IMG/VR virus record: IMGVR_UViG_3300020469_003527
Span: 1-56,290 of that record
Origin: a virus
Taxonomy: Duplodnaviria; Caudoviricetes
DNA: 56,290 nucleotides
Strand: one strand, 5' to 3'
Positions 10,004-19,328 of this stretch are shown piece by piece. Both the position numbers and the translations under genes were made by a program. Every line of letters begins with the position of its first letter. The stretch's first letter is position 1. Below the pieces are notes generated by a model. That model was not told the origin of the DNA. It searched no databases and saw only the letters and a program-made list of their open reading frames with translations.

Positions 10004-10867
10004 TTAAAACTCCTGTATGTGTTCGATTAGCATTTTCATTCTATGCTTTACGAAATAGTTTAATAATTTTTCCTTACCTTTTTTAGGTGTAGAAGTAAAC
10101 TCTGTAATAATCTTATCTTTATATTCATTAGGTATTTTACTTAAATCAATTAAAGACTCATTTCTTTTAAAGTTTTTTGTCATTACTTCATCACCTAAAT
10201 CTTCAGGTTCTTTATCGACCCAAATATTTAGTTTCTTTGATGTTACAGGTCTTTGTCTAATTGATTTTACTATGAAATCATCACCAGACAATATGTTAGG
10301 AATTCCATCACCTCTGTCACCTTTTATAATATGTTCTTTTAAAAATTGTAAAGGATTATTCGTGCGAATAAATTTTTTAGCTGTAGGATTGTATTGGTCT
10401 ACATTTGAAAATTTTTGTAGCTGTAGAAAATCTTTATCGCTTGATAGAATCAATATTTTTTCAGTAGTATCACAGTTCATATAAACGCCAAACTTATGCA
10501 CTATAGTTCCTATTACATCGTCAGCTTCAGTTCTATCAACTCTAATAACTTTGTAAGGAAAGTTGTCTTTTATTTCATCTCTAACTTTATTCAACGTATC
10601 AAATATTAAACTCCAATCATATGGAGAAGAGTCTCTATCTTTTTTTCTATTTGCTTTGTAGAAAGGAAAAATATCTCTACGCCAATATGATTTATCATCA
10701 GAAGTAATAACCATTTCGTTATACTCATCTTTAAATTTACTATTGTACATTCGTAAAGAATTCAAAATCATATGACGAATTAAGTTTTCGCTTATCTCTT
10801 CTGACGACCCATTTATTTGGGTCATCAGATTCGATATCATTACTTGATTTAAATCGACTAGTATCAT
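10004..10867 (-). CDS. rnh: T4-type RNase H / 5'-3' exonuclease
   Basis: ILVDLNQ, YWRRDIFPFYKANR, EADDVI, SSDKDFLQL, KGDRGDGIPN. Confidence 0.95.
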   Translation of the reverse strand: MILVDLNQVMISNLMTQINGSSEEISENLIRHMILNSLRMYNSKFKDEYNEMVITSDDKSYWRRDIFPFYKANRKKDRDSSPYDWSLIFDTLNKVRDEIKDNFPYKVIRVDRTEADDVIGTIVHKFGVYMNCDTTEKILILSSDKDFLQLQKFSNVDQYNPTAKKFIRTNNPLQFLKEHIIKGDRGDGIPNILSGDDFIVKSIRQRPVTSKKLNIWVDKEPEDLGDEVMTKNFKRNESLIDLSKIPNEYKDKIITEFTSTPKKGKEKLLNYFVKHRMKMLIEHIQEF

Positions 10868-11979
10868 AGTATTCTCAATAAAATTGTGTCTGTATTTATT
10901 CTACCAGTCAAGGAATTTTGTTTAGTTGTTAAGTCATCTAAGATTGTTCTCAACTTAACTTTACCAGCATTTAATAAGAGTTGAATTGTATCATCAGGTT
11001 TTCTGAGTGTTTTAGAAACTGATGTAGTCTTATCAAAGTTTTGTATTGTACTTCCCTTAACTGATAATCCTCTGGCATCTTCAGCGTGATAAACTCCTAA
11101 CTTTTTAGTCTTAATATTATAGACCCATAGTTGTATCGCTCCTATTATCTTTTTTGCAGAAACGCTCTTATAAGAATCACTTTCAGATGCGTACTTTAAT
11201 TTCTTCACTAGCTGTTCAGCAGGCTTTTCTTTTACTCGCCTTTTTTTACGCATGGATTTAGTTTGTGAAATTTTATGGGCTTCAGAGATTAGTTCATCTA
11301 TAAAAACTTTCCATTTTTTAATTTCTGCTTTAGTGAAATGTGCATACTCTTCACGAACATACTCGTCAGTTGCCCAAACATCAATTAGTCCTTGCAATTC
11401 TTTAGACTCTTGAATAAAAAACTCTACAATTTTTTCAGCAATGACTGATGAAATTTCTCTACTTCTCAAATAACCTTCCCAATTATATTTGAATATTCTA
11501 TTAACTAAAACATACTGGTCTAAGAGATACTCAATCTCAGCTATTTCTCTGTCTGCTTTTTGTTGAATTCTATCTTGAATAGAAATTACATTTTTAGAAG
11601 TAGTTTTTGCAGGGTCAAAACTTTTTGCCTTTTTTTTCAACTCCTCTAACTCAAAATTAAACTTTTTAGATTGTTCTTGATTTAAAGAATATCCTTTTAA
11701 TTGCATTCTAGCTAACCAAGAAACCGATGTTGATATATCTGTATGTGACAGTCTATTAAAAAGTTCAATATCTTTATCTGAGTATTTTTTTATTTTACAA
11801 AACTCTAACAGAAACTTTTTATTGTATCTATGTTTTGCAATTTTGCCATACCAAGATAATGCTTGAGAAATTTTCTCAGACAATTCTTCATCTGATAAAG
11901 ATTCGGCATCAACCCACTCTGGCTCTTTGCCGTAATAATGTTGGTCCATACCATCAATTCGGATTTTCGCTAATTTCAT
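10864..11979 (-). CDS. Conserved T4-like hypothetical protein
   Basis: 371 aa; C-terminal VKGSTI...SKTLRKP...TGRIN pattern; coupled to rnh. Confidence 0.65.
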   Translation of the reverse strand: MKLAKIRIDGMDQHYYGKEPEWVDAESLSDEELSEKISQALSWYGKIAKHRYNKKFLLEFCKIKKYSDKDIELFNRLSHTDISTSVSWLARMQLKGYSLNQEQSKKFNFELEELKKKAKSFDPAKTTSKNVISIQDRIQQKADREIAEIEYLLDQYVLVNRIFKYNWEGYLRSREISSVIAEKIVEFFIQESKELQGLIDVWATDEYVREEYAHFTKAEIKKWKVFIDELISEAHKISQTKSMRKKRRVKEKPAEQLVKKLKYASESDSYKSVSAKKIIGAIQLWVYNIKTKKLGVYHAEDARGLSVKGSTIQNFDKTTSVSKTLRKPDDTIQLLLNAGKVKLRTILDDLTTKQNSLTGRINTDTILLRIL

Positions 11980-12218
11980 AATAATTCTCCTTTATAATCA
12001 GAATACAATTCATCGTACAACTCTTTCAAACCTCCAATATGTATAGATTGTTTAAATACTTGAGGAACAGTCTTTACATTCGGAATCAAACTACCTAACT
12101 GTTTTATTGTATAGTCTTTATTCAATAAAAACAAGCGGTATGGTGTTTTTGTTGTGTATAAGATAAACTCTGCTCTATTTGTAGCCCTGCTATCTTTTGC
12201 ACCATAAACGTAATACAT
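11976..12218 (-). CDS. Glutaredoxin-like protein lacking CxxC
   Basis: YVYG, TVPQVF, HIGG; DSRAT at the CxxC position. Confidence 0.6.
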   Translation of the reverse strand: MYYVYGAKDSRATNRAEFILYTTKTPYRLFLLNKDYTIKQLGSLIPNVKTVPQVFKQSIHIGGLKELYDELYSDYKGELL

Positions 12219-12740
12219 TTATCTAAACGACTCTATAGGCATTATTCTTTTTACTTCTTTTATTTTTAATTGACGACCTGGGTCTTTTTTCATTCTAGTT
12301 GTAAACATTCTACCATCTACTTCAAAAGTAACATCATATCCTATCACTCTATCTTCATGAGTTTTTATAACAGCATCTTCACAAACATCAATTCGTTTGA
12401 CAGTAGATTGTTTCCTTGAATTTTCAACCATAACTGCACCTGTTATTGCTCCTATTCCTGTTCCTAATGCTTTATCTTTTGAAATGATGTTTCCAATAGT
12501 CGCTCCTACGGTAGTGCCTAGCAATATCAACATTGGGTCTTTTTGACGAACATTTACTTCTCTGTAAGAACATGTTTTATAAGGCTCTCTGTGATAAGAT
12601 TTTATTGTTTTAACAACAGGCTCTACAGAAATAACTGGCACATAATAATAATCTATTATAGAATTACTAGCAAACGATGTAACTGGCATAAAAATTAAGG
12701 CAGTAAAGTAAAGAGCAGATATTAGTAAAAACTTTTTCAT
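12219..12740 (-). CDS. Secreted glycine-zipper (YcfJ-like) protein
   Basis: Signal peptide; GTTVGATIG...GTGIGAITG; GYDVTF...RMKKDPG. Confidence 0.7.
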   Translation of the reverse strand: MKKFLLISALYFTALIFMPVTSFASNSIIDYYYVPVISVEPVVKTIKSYHREPYKTCSYREVNVRQKDPMLILLGTTVGATIGNIISKDKALGTGIGAITGAVMVENSRKQSTVKRIDVCEDAVIKTHEDRVIGYDVTFEVDGRMFTTRMKKDPGRQLKIKEVKRIMPIESFR

Positions 12741-13021
12741 TTTATATGTTTCCTTTTAGTTAAATTTTGTCTTTCAATTTGATTGACAAAAAAGTTATTG
12801 TTTTTTCCTGTCACTTGTCCAATTAAGAACAAAAACCATGCAATTGAAAATATAGAACTTGCATTTAATTTTATGGGAAAAATCATCATCTGTTCTACAA
12901 AAATAACATTAAAAGCCATAATAGTCAATATTGACAGTAGTAAATATACAACAGTTATTGCACTTATGATACCAAAAGCAACTAAAAACAATTCAGTCTT
13001 TTTCATAGTATTTATCCTCAT
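12737..13021 (-). CDS. Membrane protein
   Basis: Two TM segments; true start may be MKKTEL at 13006. Confidence 0.5.
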   Translation of the reverse strand: MRINTMKKTELFLVAFGIISAITVVYLLLSILTIMAFNVIFVEQMMIFPIKLNASSIFSIAWFLFLIGQVTGKNNNFFVNQIERQNLTKRKHIK

Positions 13022-13251
13022 GTAAAAAATTTACTCAAATATCCGAAAACGTATATTCCACATATTACTGCTTGAACTGTAAATAGTGACCATTTTTTCC
13101 ATATCACTCCCACAATCAACCAGCCTACATTACCCACTAAAGAAACATATACATTCAATGGGTATATATTTATAGAAGTAAGATAGACTCCTAGTAACAA
13201 TATTCCTGTAGAACTCCATTCTAATATCTCAACTTTATTTAACTTCTTCAT
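13018..13251 (-). CDS. Small 3-TM membrane protein
   Basis: LTSINIYPLN, GWLIVGVIW hydrophobic pattern. Confidence 0.6.
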   Translation of the reverse strand: MKKLNKVEILEWSSTGILLLGVYLTSINIYPLNVYVSLVGNVGWLIVGVIWKKWSLFTVQAVICGIYVFGYLSKFFT

Positions 13252-13258
13252 ATTTTAT

Positions 13259-13287
13259 ATAGTACTTAATTAAAGTGGTTTTAGCAA
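13259..13287 (-). promoter_or_regulatory. Putative sigma70-type promoter for leftward operon
   Basis: Minus strand TTGCTA-N17-TACTAT just upstream of ATG 13251. Confidence 0.45.
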
Positions 13288-13296
13288 TACAAATAA

Positions 13297-13304
13297 AATA
13301 AATA
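13297..13304 (+). promoter_or_regulatory. Putative T4-type late promoter for plus-strand island
   Basis: AATAAATA (one mismatch to TATAAATA) about 70 nt before ORF 13377. Confidence 0.4.
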
Positions 13305-13376
13305 GTAGTGAGTTCGTGAATTTATCAAAAAAGTGATATTACACTATGCTTCGCAATTACATAAAGGGGGCAAGTA

Positions 13377-13895
13377 GTGATTGATCCAGTTACAGCTTTG
13401 GCTTTAGCTTCTGCCACGTTTAATGGCGTAAAAAAAGCCGTACAAGTGGGAAAAGAAGTCTCTGAAATATACACAGAGTTGTCTAAGTGGGCAGGTCATG
13501 TAAGTGATGTTTATGAACATATCAATCAAAATGGAGAAACTAAGAAACCTGGATTATTTCAAAAAATAACTTTTAGTAAAAGTGCAACTGCTGAGGCATT
13601 TGATAGTTTTGTAGCTAAAAGAAAAATTAAAGAAATGGAAGATGAAATTAGGCATATGTTTACATGGGGTGCGTTACACCATCTTGGCCTTGAGGGCTAT
13701 CGGGAATTTATTGGTATGCGGCGAAAAATAAAAGCTGACCGTGAGAAATTAGTATATGACCAATTAAGAAGAAAAAAGAAATTTATTCAAACAATAAAAA
13801 TTTCATTGATAGCAATTTTATCATTATCACTAACAATATGGTTTATGAATTTTGCAATAACATTAATTTTAGATGCACCTGGAATGAAAGGATAA
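13377..13895 (+). CDS. Coiled-coil protein with C-terminal TM
   Basis: MIDPVTALALA start, GTG after GGGGG SD, C-terminal hydrophobic helix. Confidence 0.7.
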   Translation: MIDPVTALALASATFNGVKKAVQVGKEVSEIYTELSKWAGHVSDVYEHINQNGETKKPGLFQKITFSKSATAEAFDSFVAKRKIKEMEDEIRHMFTWGALHHLGLEGYREFIGMRRKIKADREKLVYDQLRRKKKFIQTIKISLIAILSLSLTIWFMNFAITLILDAPGMKG

Positions 13896-13899
13896 GTAA

Positions 13900-14268
13900 A
13901 TGACACAGAAAAGATTTGAAAGTAAATCAAATTTTAATAAATACGACAAAGATGGTGACGGAATTATTACTGATGAAGAATTGTCAAATATGGAAGCAAT
14001 TGAGGAAATTGAAAGATTGAATAGAAAACAAAAACATCAAAGAATGATGGCTTGGTATGCTTTAGTTGGAATGATAAGTTATCCAGCGTGTATTATATTT
14101 TGTGAGTTTGTAGGATTAAATCAGTCTGCTAAATTACTTGCAGATTTGGCGCCTACATATTTCATAGCGGCCGCTGGTATTGCCGGTGCATTTATGGGAA
14201 TTTCTGCTTGGTCTGAATCAAAAAGAAATTCATCAACAAGTAGTAAACCTATAGTAAAAAGGCCATGA
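13900..14268 (+). CDS. EF-hand-containing 2-TM membrane protein, holin candidate
   Basis: DKDGDGIITDEE EF-hand loop; two TM; basic C-terminus. Confidence 0.55.
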   Translation: MTQKRFESKSNFNKYDKDGDGIITDEELSNMEAIEEIERLNRKQKHQRMMAWYALVGMISYPACIIFCEFVGLNQSAKLLADLAPTYFIAAAGIAGAFMGISAWSESKRNSSTSSKPIVKRP

Positions 14269-14450
14269 TACCAGGTAAACAGCAACAAATATTTAAAGTA
14301 TACGATACTTGGGGAACAATATTATTGACAACTTCTTCAAGATTTTTAGCATCATGGTATCAAAACATATATAATAAAAGACAGCGTAAACGTAACACAA
14401 AAATAAGTATTTACGGAGATGATAATTTTAGTGATAAAAAAATAATTTAA
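14265..14450 (+). CDS. Hypothetical protein
   Basis: ATGA overlap with previous ORF. Confidence 0.45.
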   Translation: MIPGKQQQIFKVYDTWGTILLTTSSRFLASWYQNIYNKRQRKRNTKISIYGDDNFSDKKII

Positions 14451-14465
14451 AAGGAGATTTTATCT

Positions 14466-14576
14466 ATGGAGTTAATTATAATAGGAGTATTAGTTTTAGC
14501 ACTATGCTCAATTTTTTCCTATGCAGGCTCAAGAGCCTTAACAGTTATTGAAAAATTCAATGAACGCAATAATTAG
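14466..14576 (+). CDS. 36-aa single-TM peptide
   Basis: Manual: MELIIIGVLVLALCSIFSYAGSRALTVIEKFNERNN with AAGGAG SD. Confidence 0.55.
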   Translation: MELIIIGVLVLALCSIFSYAGSRALTVIEKFNERNN

Positions 14577-14853
14577 ATTTGTAATATCAATATCAGTATT
14601 ATTTGCAATACTGATAGTCGGTTTTACAACAACTACAGGATTACATGCTAGAATTCCATCAAGTGAATTTTATGTTGCCCCAAACAAAGACATATATGAA
14701 TGCAGACTTCAATGGATAAATGAAAATTTACCACCTAACTTAATGTGTTTATATAAGTGTGAAGACACACATAGTACATTTGAGTGGTATGAAAAATCTT
14801 GGGACCAAAAAGGTTGTAAACTCAAAACAAGAGTTTATAAATCACAGGTGTGA
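14548..14853 (+). CDS. Secreted/periplasmic Cys-containing protein
   Basis: N-terminal hydrophobic segment; 4 Cys (C..CLYKC..C); start possibly 14560. Confidence 0.55.
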   Translation: MKNSMNAIIRFVISISVLFAILIVGFTTTTGLHARIPSSEFYVAPNKDIYECRLQWINENLPPNLMCLYKCEDTHSTFEWYEKSWDQKGCKLKTRVYKSQV

Positions 14854-14856
14854 ATC

Positions 14857-15075
14857 GTGAATCAAATATTTTGGGCGTGTGTGGTAATGTTGGCATCAGA
14901 GCCATACTATGTTATGGGCACCATGCAGACAAAAGCCCAATGTGAATATATTGCTTCTACTTATATGCCACCTAGCATTGAACATAGTTCAATCGAATGT
15001 ATTCCAGTTAATGTAACAAATCGTGATGAAATCATTAAACAGATAAAGGCTCTCAAGGCTTTGAGGTTGCTTTAG
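14857..15075 (+). CDS. Small hypothetical protein
   Basis: TKAQCE...ECIP Cys pattern. Confidence 0.5.
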   Translation: MNQIFWACVVMLASEPYYVMGTMQTKAQCEYIASTYMPPSIEHSSIECIPVNVTNRDEIIKQIKALKALRLL

Positions 15076-15205
15076 GTTTTCTCTTTCTAGTTTGTCTTCT
15101 TTTATTCATTACAGGTGCTTTTTTCTTCTGTACAGGTTTTCCTGTATTATCTTCAAACAGCACTAAAGTTTTTCTTAAAAAATTTGCGATTGCTTTCTTA
15201 ATCAT
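15053..15205 (-). CDS. 50-aa basic protein downstream of endolysin
   Basis: Manual: MIKKAIANFLRKTLVLFED...RKRKPKATSKP. Confidence 0.45.
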   Translation of the reverse strand: MIKKAIANFLRKTLVLFEDNTGKPVQKKKAPVMNKRRQTRKRKPKATSKP

Positions 15206-15208
15206 TTA

Positions 15209-15838
15209 CTAATCCTTTATAACTTCTATTGCGTGGTTATAGTGTTTTATTCTATCTTCTAGTCCTATATATCCACCATTTATCTTTCTAGTCATAGTCT
15301 TTAAATCTTCCTCGTCAGCGTACTTATTTAAATTTGTTGTCTTCCAATACCAACAAGCAGAGTGTATCGCATAATATACTTCACATAATAACTCTGGATT
15401 TTCGACTAATGTATTATCACTAAAAAGATGCTCAGAACAATTCGTATAATTATTTTTTCCAGTAATCTGAATTATTCCTCTTCCTCTATACTTCCAACCT
15501 TCGCCTGATTCTGTATCTCCATTTCCCATTCTATTTGCATATATTACATTTGCAATTTTTTCAGGCTGTCTATGATACTCTTCTGCATCTCTTCCTGCAT
15601 TTTTAAAATACTTTGGAAATACTGCATTGAGTGCCTTAGCTGAATAGTTTAGATTTTCATTGAGTCTTGTAAACCCCATAGATTCGTGACCGCATTGTGC
15701 TATGAAGGCGGCCACTCTTTCTTTGGTGTTAATTTCCCAACCTGGTAATATTTCATTTAGCTGATTATACCAGTCATCTTTATCTTTTACCTTAGGTAAA
15801 AGTTCATGAACTACTTCTTCTGTTAAGAAATTCATCAA
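15209..15838 (-). CDS. Glycoside hydrolase family 19 endolysin
   Basis: AAFIAQCGHES, ENLNYS, YRGRGIIQITGKNNY, TRKINGG. Confidence 0.9.
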   Translation of the reverse strand: MMNFLTEEVVHELLPKVKDKDDWYNQLNEILPGWEINTKERVAAFIAQCGHESMGFTRLNENLNYSAKALNAVFPKYFKNAGRDAEEYHRQPEKIANVIYANRMGNGDTESGEGWKYRGRGIIQITGKNNYTNCSEHLFSDNTLVENPELLCEVYYAIHSACWYWKTTNLNKYADEEDLKTMTRKINGGYIGLEDRIKHYNHAIEVIKD

Positions 15839-15846
15839 TACCTCTC

Positions 15847-17043
15847 TTATTTTTTGTAGTTAACAGCTTCTTCTGACCCAGAAGTTGCACTACCTTCTGT
15901 GTAAGAATGTTTTCCTGTGCCATCTAATGCTCCACTTTTAACGATAGTATATTCGCTTCGTTGCTCTTCGCCATCAAATAATTTCTCAAGTATTTCTCTA
16001 ACACCTGCGGCATATCGTGCCTGTGCTGATAATGAAGTACCTGAAGTGTGAGGAGTCATTCCATGATTAGGCATAGTTCTCCAAACATGGTCGTTTGGTG
16101 CTGGTTGTGGAAACCAAACATCTCCAGCATAACCACTTAGCTGACCAGATTCAAGTGCTTTAGCGATTGCTTCTCTATCACATATTTTACCTCTTGCAGT
16201 ATTTACGATGTAAGCACCTTTTTTCATTTTTGAAATCATTGCTTCATCAAATAAATTTTCTGTTTCTGGGTGAAGAGGACAATTGATTGTAACAACATCA
16301 CATACTGAGACTAAAGATTCTACTGATTCGTGATGAACAAGATTTAATTCAGCTTCAACTTCATCTGACAATTTATGTTTATCGAAATAATGCAACTCTA
16401 CATCAAACGGTTTTAATTTTCTAAGTGCATCTAAACCTATTCTACCTGCGGCAACTGTTCCAACTTTCATACCTTCTAAATCGTAAGATTTAGATACAGC
16501 ATCAGCAATATTCCAACCGCCTTCTTTTACAATTTGATGTTGTGTGTGATAGTCTCTTACTAAAGATAATATCATCATCACAATATGTTCTGCGACCGAC
16601 CTTGAATTACAATAAGTAACTTCCATTACGTCTACACCATAATGCATTGCGGCTTGTAAATCGACATGGTCTGAACCTATACCTGCGGTAATCGCCATTT
16701 TCAAATTAGGTGCAGAGTCAATCTTTTGTCTAGTAAGATAATATGGCCAAAATGGTTGAGATATAACAACGTCAGCATCAACTAACTCTTTATCTGCTGT
16801 ACAACCTTCTCCATCTTTATCTGAAGTAACTACTAACTCATGACCATTTTCTTCTAAAAATTTTCTAAGCCCTAACTCACCTGATACACAACCTAGTAAC
16901 TCTCCAGGTTTGAAATCAACTGCTTTAGGTGACGGTAGTGTTTGACCGTCAGGATATTTTTCTATTACAGGTAAATCTTGTAATGCATATTCACTAGGCA
17001 TACCATTACTTGGGTCATCATACAAAACACACAATACTTTCAT
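15847..17043 (-). CDS. fdh: NAD-dependent formate dehydrogenase (metal-independent)
   Basis: KVLCVLYDDP, SQPFWP, GIGSDH, YCNS, AAGRIG, YFDKH, NTARG, DVWFPQP, TPHTSG. Confidence 0.97.
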   Translation of the reverse strand: MKVLCVLYDDPSNGMPSEYALQDLPVIEKYPDGQTLPSPKAVDFKPGELLGCVSGELGLRKFLEENGHELVVTSDKDGEGCTADKELVDADVVISQPFWPYYLTRQKIDSAPNLKMAITAGIGSDHVDLQAAMHYGVDVMEVTYCNSRSVAEHIVMMILSLVRDYHTQHQIVKEGGWNIADAVSKSYDLEGMKVGTVAAGRIGLDALRKLKPFDVELHYFDKHKLSDEVEAELNLVHHESVESLVSVCDVVTINCPLHPETENLFDEAMISKMKKGAYIVNTARGKICDREAIAKALESGQLSGYAGDVWFPQPAPNDHVWRTMPNHGMTPHTSGTSLSAQARYAAGVREILEKLFDGEEQRSEYTIVKSGALDGTGKHSYTEGSATSGSEEAVNYKK

Positions 17044-17057
17044 ATATTTCCTTTCTA

Positions 17058-17213
17058 CTATTTAAATCCATCTAAATATTCTCTGACATTAGACAAATCT
17101 GTAAAATGCACATCTTCATCTATCTTTTCAGCTAAAGCCATATTCAAGTCTATATAGAACGCTAAAAGTTCTATAGTACTCATACTATTGATAATTTCAT
17201 TTCTGTCTATCAT
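17058..17213 (-). CDS. 51-aa hypothetical protein
   Basis: Manual: MIDRNEIINSMSTIELLAFY...YLDGFK; ATGA overlap with upstream ORF. Confidence 0.45.
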   Translation of the reverse strand: MIDRNEIINSMSTIELLAFYIDLNMALAEKIDEDVHFTDLSNVREYLDGFK

Positions 17214-17947
17214 TCTACCACTTCCTTTCCAATAGGTGCTATCATTCCTTGAACACCCATTCTTTTTGCAAACTTAATTTTTTGAGCATCTAAAAATTGA
17301 TATAGGGAATGTTCTATATCAATGTATCCACGATTATTTATACGCTCAATCATATTTGCATATATTCTTTCGTATGTATCTGAAACATAGGAAAGTAGAT
17401 TTGCATCAAAACTCCATAGCCTAGACATATACTGAAGTCTAACTCCATTCGTAAGTTCTGGTGGGAATTGTGATGTGAAAGGACCTTTTATTACTATTTT
17501 ATCTTTTGCTTCTTCATGAAGATTTATATCAAATTCTTCAGTTAATTTATACCGTGAACTTAATTTAAATATTCTAGTATACTTTTTATGTTGAGGCTCT
17601 GATAATAATTTTTTAAAGTAGTCAGTAAAAACTAAAACTTCTATACAGTTTTTTACAATATCCCAATTTTCTATTTTTTGTATTTCTTTTACTTGAGAAT
17701 CTTGTGTGTAATCCATTACGCAATCAGAATATTTTTCAAATCTTTTTAATGTCTCTTCATTTATTGTTTCTTGCCCAGAATCTAAAATAGCTATATCAGA
17801 GTCAGGACAATATTTTCGTATTGACTCATATGTTTCCATTGATTGTTGTATTCTTTCAGTTGAATCATATACTCCGAATCTAGTATGAACTGCTGATGAA
17901 GTTACAAAAAGGTATTTGTTTTCACTTTTTAGTAGTTTTAGTAGCAT
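17210..17947 (-). CDS. Hypothetical protein, possible glycan-modifying enzyme
   Basis: FVTSSAV, ILDSG, IFKLSSRY, IDIEHSLY; weak GT-A-like pattern. Confidence 0.5.
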   Translation of the reverse strand: MLLKLLKSENKYLFVTSSAVHTRFGVYDSTERIQQSMETYESIRKYCPDSDIAILDSGQETINEETLKRFEKYSDCVMDYTQDSQVKEIQKIENWDIVKNCIEVLVFTDYFKKLLSEPQHKKYTRIFKLSSRYKLTEEFDINLHEEAKDKIVIKGPFTSQFPPELTNGVRLQYMSRLWSFDANLLSYVSDTYERIYANMIERINNRGYIDIEHSLYQFLDAQKIKFAKRMGVQGMIAPIGKEVVE

Positions 17948-18521
17948 TATCTATCTTTCCTTTTTTACTAAGTCTTTTCAATACTTCGGAAGAGTCCATC
18001 CAGATATCTTTATTTTCAAGTATAGAATCAATTTCATCTTTTGTTAAAAAATCTTTATATATTGATGCGAATAATTTTTCTGACCACTTTCTCTCATGAA
18101 GAATATTATCATACATTTCTCCACCTTTACCTAAAATCAAGCCTGAATAATTATGAAACATAAACATTGAATGCTCTGATATTTCAAATATATCTGACGA
18201 TAAAAATATTATAGTGGCGGCAGACATACACACACCTTCTACAGATGCAATAATTTTACTTTTACATTCTGCCATACATCTCATAAACTGTATAGCAGTA
18301 AATAAATCTCCGCCATAACTATTAATATGAAATCTGATTACATCAGTTTCACTTGAGTTTCTTATAATATCAAACCAATCAATATATTCAGAAGATTCTC
18401 CTATTTCACCCGACAAATAAAAAGTATGAAAATTGCCTAAACTTTTATGCTTATAAGCATTTTTATGTTTTTTATCTTCAAGAACATCTTCCTCAGTTTC
18501 GCTACACGTTTTCATAACCAT
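17922..18521 (-). CDS. ClpP-family serine protease
   Basis: INSYGG, GVCMSAAT (Ser), FMFHN (His), DIWM. Confidence 0.85.
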   Translation of the reverse strand: MVMKTCSETEEDVLEDKKHKNAYKHKSLGNFHTFYLSGEIGESSEYIDWFDIIRNSSETDVIRFHINSYGGDLFTAIQFMRCMAECKSKIIASVEGVCMSAATIIFLSSDIFEISEHSMFMFHNYSGLILGKGGEMYDNILHERKWSEKLFASIYKDFLTKDEIDSILENKDIWMDSSEVLKRLSKKGKIDNATKTTKK

Positions 18522-19059
18522 ATTTGCATATCCAATAAGAGTCTATAATATCTGATGATGGGTTCCATTGTTTTTCAGTCATATTCAATTCTTCTTTGAG
18601 TCTTATATTATTATGTAGTTCAAAAATATCTTGCATTTTTTGTTTATCGGCATTTCCTTTTCCTGTAGCATATTTTTTTATAACAGTAGGAGCAACACAT
18701 TCAAATTTAACATCAACAAGATACAATCTATATTTTAATATTCCTGTATTTTCAGCAATATTAAAAACTCTACCTTTTGAACCTAAAGAATAATCTTCTA
18801 GAAAAACCTTTACTTCTTTTTGACTTGTCATATTTCTTTCTAGTATTCTATCAATAAAAAAACTTGAGATTATATCATATCTTTCTTCATTACAATTGTA
18901 TTCAAAATAATGTCCATAAACATTTTTAAATGAAACTTCATACTTTTTACTTTGTGTTAAATAATGGAATACACAGTTTTCAAAACTAAACTCATTCTCA
19001 TCATCATATAAACATATCGCAGGTGTAGTCATTGAATAATCAATGCCTGCTATAATCAT
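18502..19059 (-). CDS. RuvC/RNase H-fold nuclease conserved in T4-like phages
   Basis: IAGIDYS, FLEDY, IAENTG, KKYATGKGNADK, DIIDS. Confidence 0.75.
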   Translation of the reverse strand: MIIAGIDYSMTTPAICLYDDENEFSFENCVFHYLTQSKKYEVSFKNVYGHYFEYNCNEERYDIISSFFIDRILERNMTSQKEVKVFLEDYSLGSKGRVFNIAENTGILKYRLYLVDVKFECVAPTVIKKYATGKGNADKQKMQDIFELHNNIRLKEELNMTEKQWNPSSDIIDSYWICKYGYENV

Positions 19060-19328
19060 GTATTCGTATAAACGTGTTCAACTGTATAATCAGTATTTTC
19101 ATTTAGTTGTGTTTTAACTCTTTCATCTTGTCCAAAGTAAAAACAAAAAGATGAGTGTAAATCATTATAATGTGCAAGTTTTTCTACTTCTTTTTCAACA
19201 GTTTCTATCCAATCACTATGTTCAGGTATTGACTGTGGATTATCTAACATGATTTGAATATTAGTTCTATGATTTTCAATCTTTGCTAAAAAATGACTTT
19301 TTAACGTCCTTACTAATTGGCCTTTCAT
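19056..19328 (-). CDS. Hypothetical protein
   Basis: NPQSIPEHSD pattern; coupled. Confidence 0.6.
   Translation of the reverse strand: MKGQLVRTLKSHFLAKIENHRTNIQIMLDNPQSIPEHSDWIETVEKEVEKLAHYNDLHSSFCFYFGQDERVKTQLNENTDYTVEHVYTNT

Noticed and set aside
15847-17043. fdh (and iscU/erpA) as host contamination or prophage flank
   Set aside because: Tightly packed and co-oriented among phage genes with similar AT-rich codon use; no integrase or host operon
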